Source: Oscillospiraceae bacterium
Lineage (GTDB): Bacteria; Bacillota; Clostridia; Oscillospirales; Acutalibacteraceae
Length of the DNA: 37,584 nt
NCBI GenBank assembly: GCA_902797915.1
Contig: CADBUK010000122.1
Coordinates: forward strand, 1 to 37,584
Direction: 5' to 3'
Shown: piece after piece, positions 37,581 through 37,584 of the stretch
Layout of the letters: the number at the start of each line of letters is the position of its first letter
How positions within the stretch are numbered: position 1 is the first letter of the stretch
Notes under the pieces: model-generated
Databases searched by the model: none
What the model was told of the DNA's origin: nothing
What the model saw: the letters and a program-made list of their open reading frames with translations, nothing else
Translations under genes and position numbers: made by a program

Positions 37581-37584
37581 AAAA

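Overview
Replication-origin region of a Firmicutes chromosome; gene content and order suggest a gut Clostridia such as Oscillospirales (inference). The minus strand carries the conserved rpmH-rnpA-yidD-yidC-jag-mnmE-mnmG-rsmG-noc-parA-parB-serS block and the dnaA-dnaN-yaaA-recF-remB-gyrB-gyrA block. Unusually, these two blocks are co-oriented and rpmH lies about 15 kb from the dnaA start. The right part holds an LCP-like/PHP/folE-folP-folB-folK cluster, fba, an FMN-riboswitch/ribU unit, a CDF/ArsR pair and a cobalamin-riboswitch locus. Main observations: (1) a dispersed family of arrays in which a constant 6-9 nt linker alternates with variable mini-hairpins, at four loci; (2) an FMN riboswitch split by a 161-nt inverted-repeat insert in its L2 loop; (3) a DnaA with a rewritten DNA-recognition helix, matched by TTWTCAACA boxes at oriC and again among three parS sites; (4) two divergent genes around a B12 riboswitch that look like the two separated halves of a transcobalamin-type binder; (5) a PHP hydrolase that may fill the FolQ/phosphatase gap of the folate operon. 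Several other REP/MITE-like families are present, with no transposase in the window. All calls are by eye; no searches were run.
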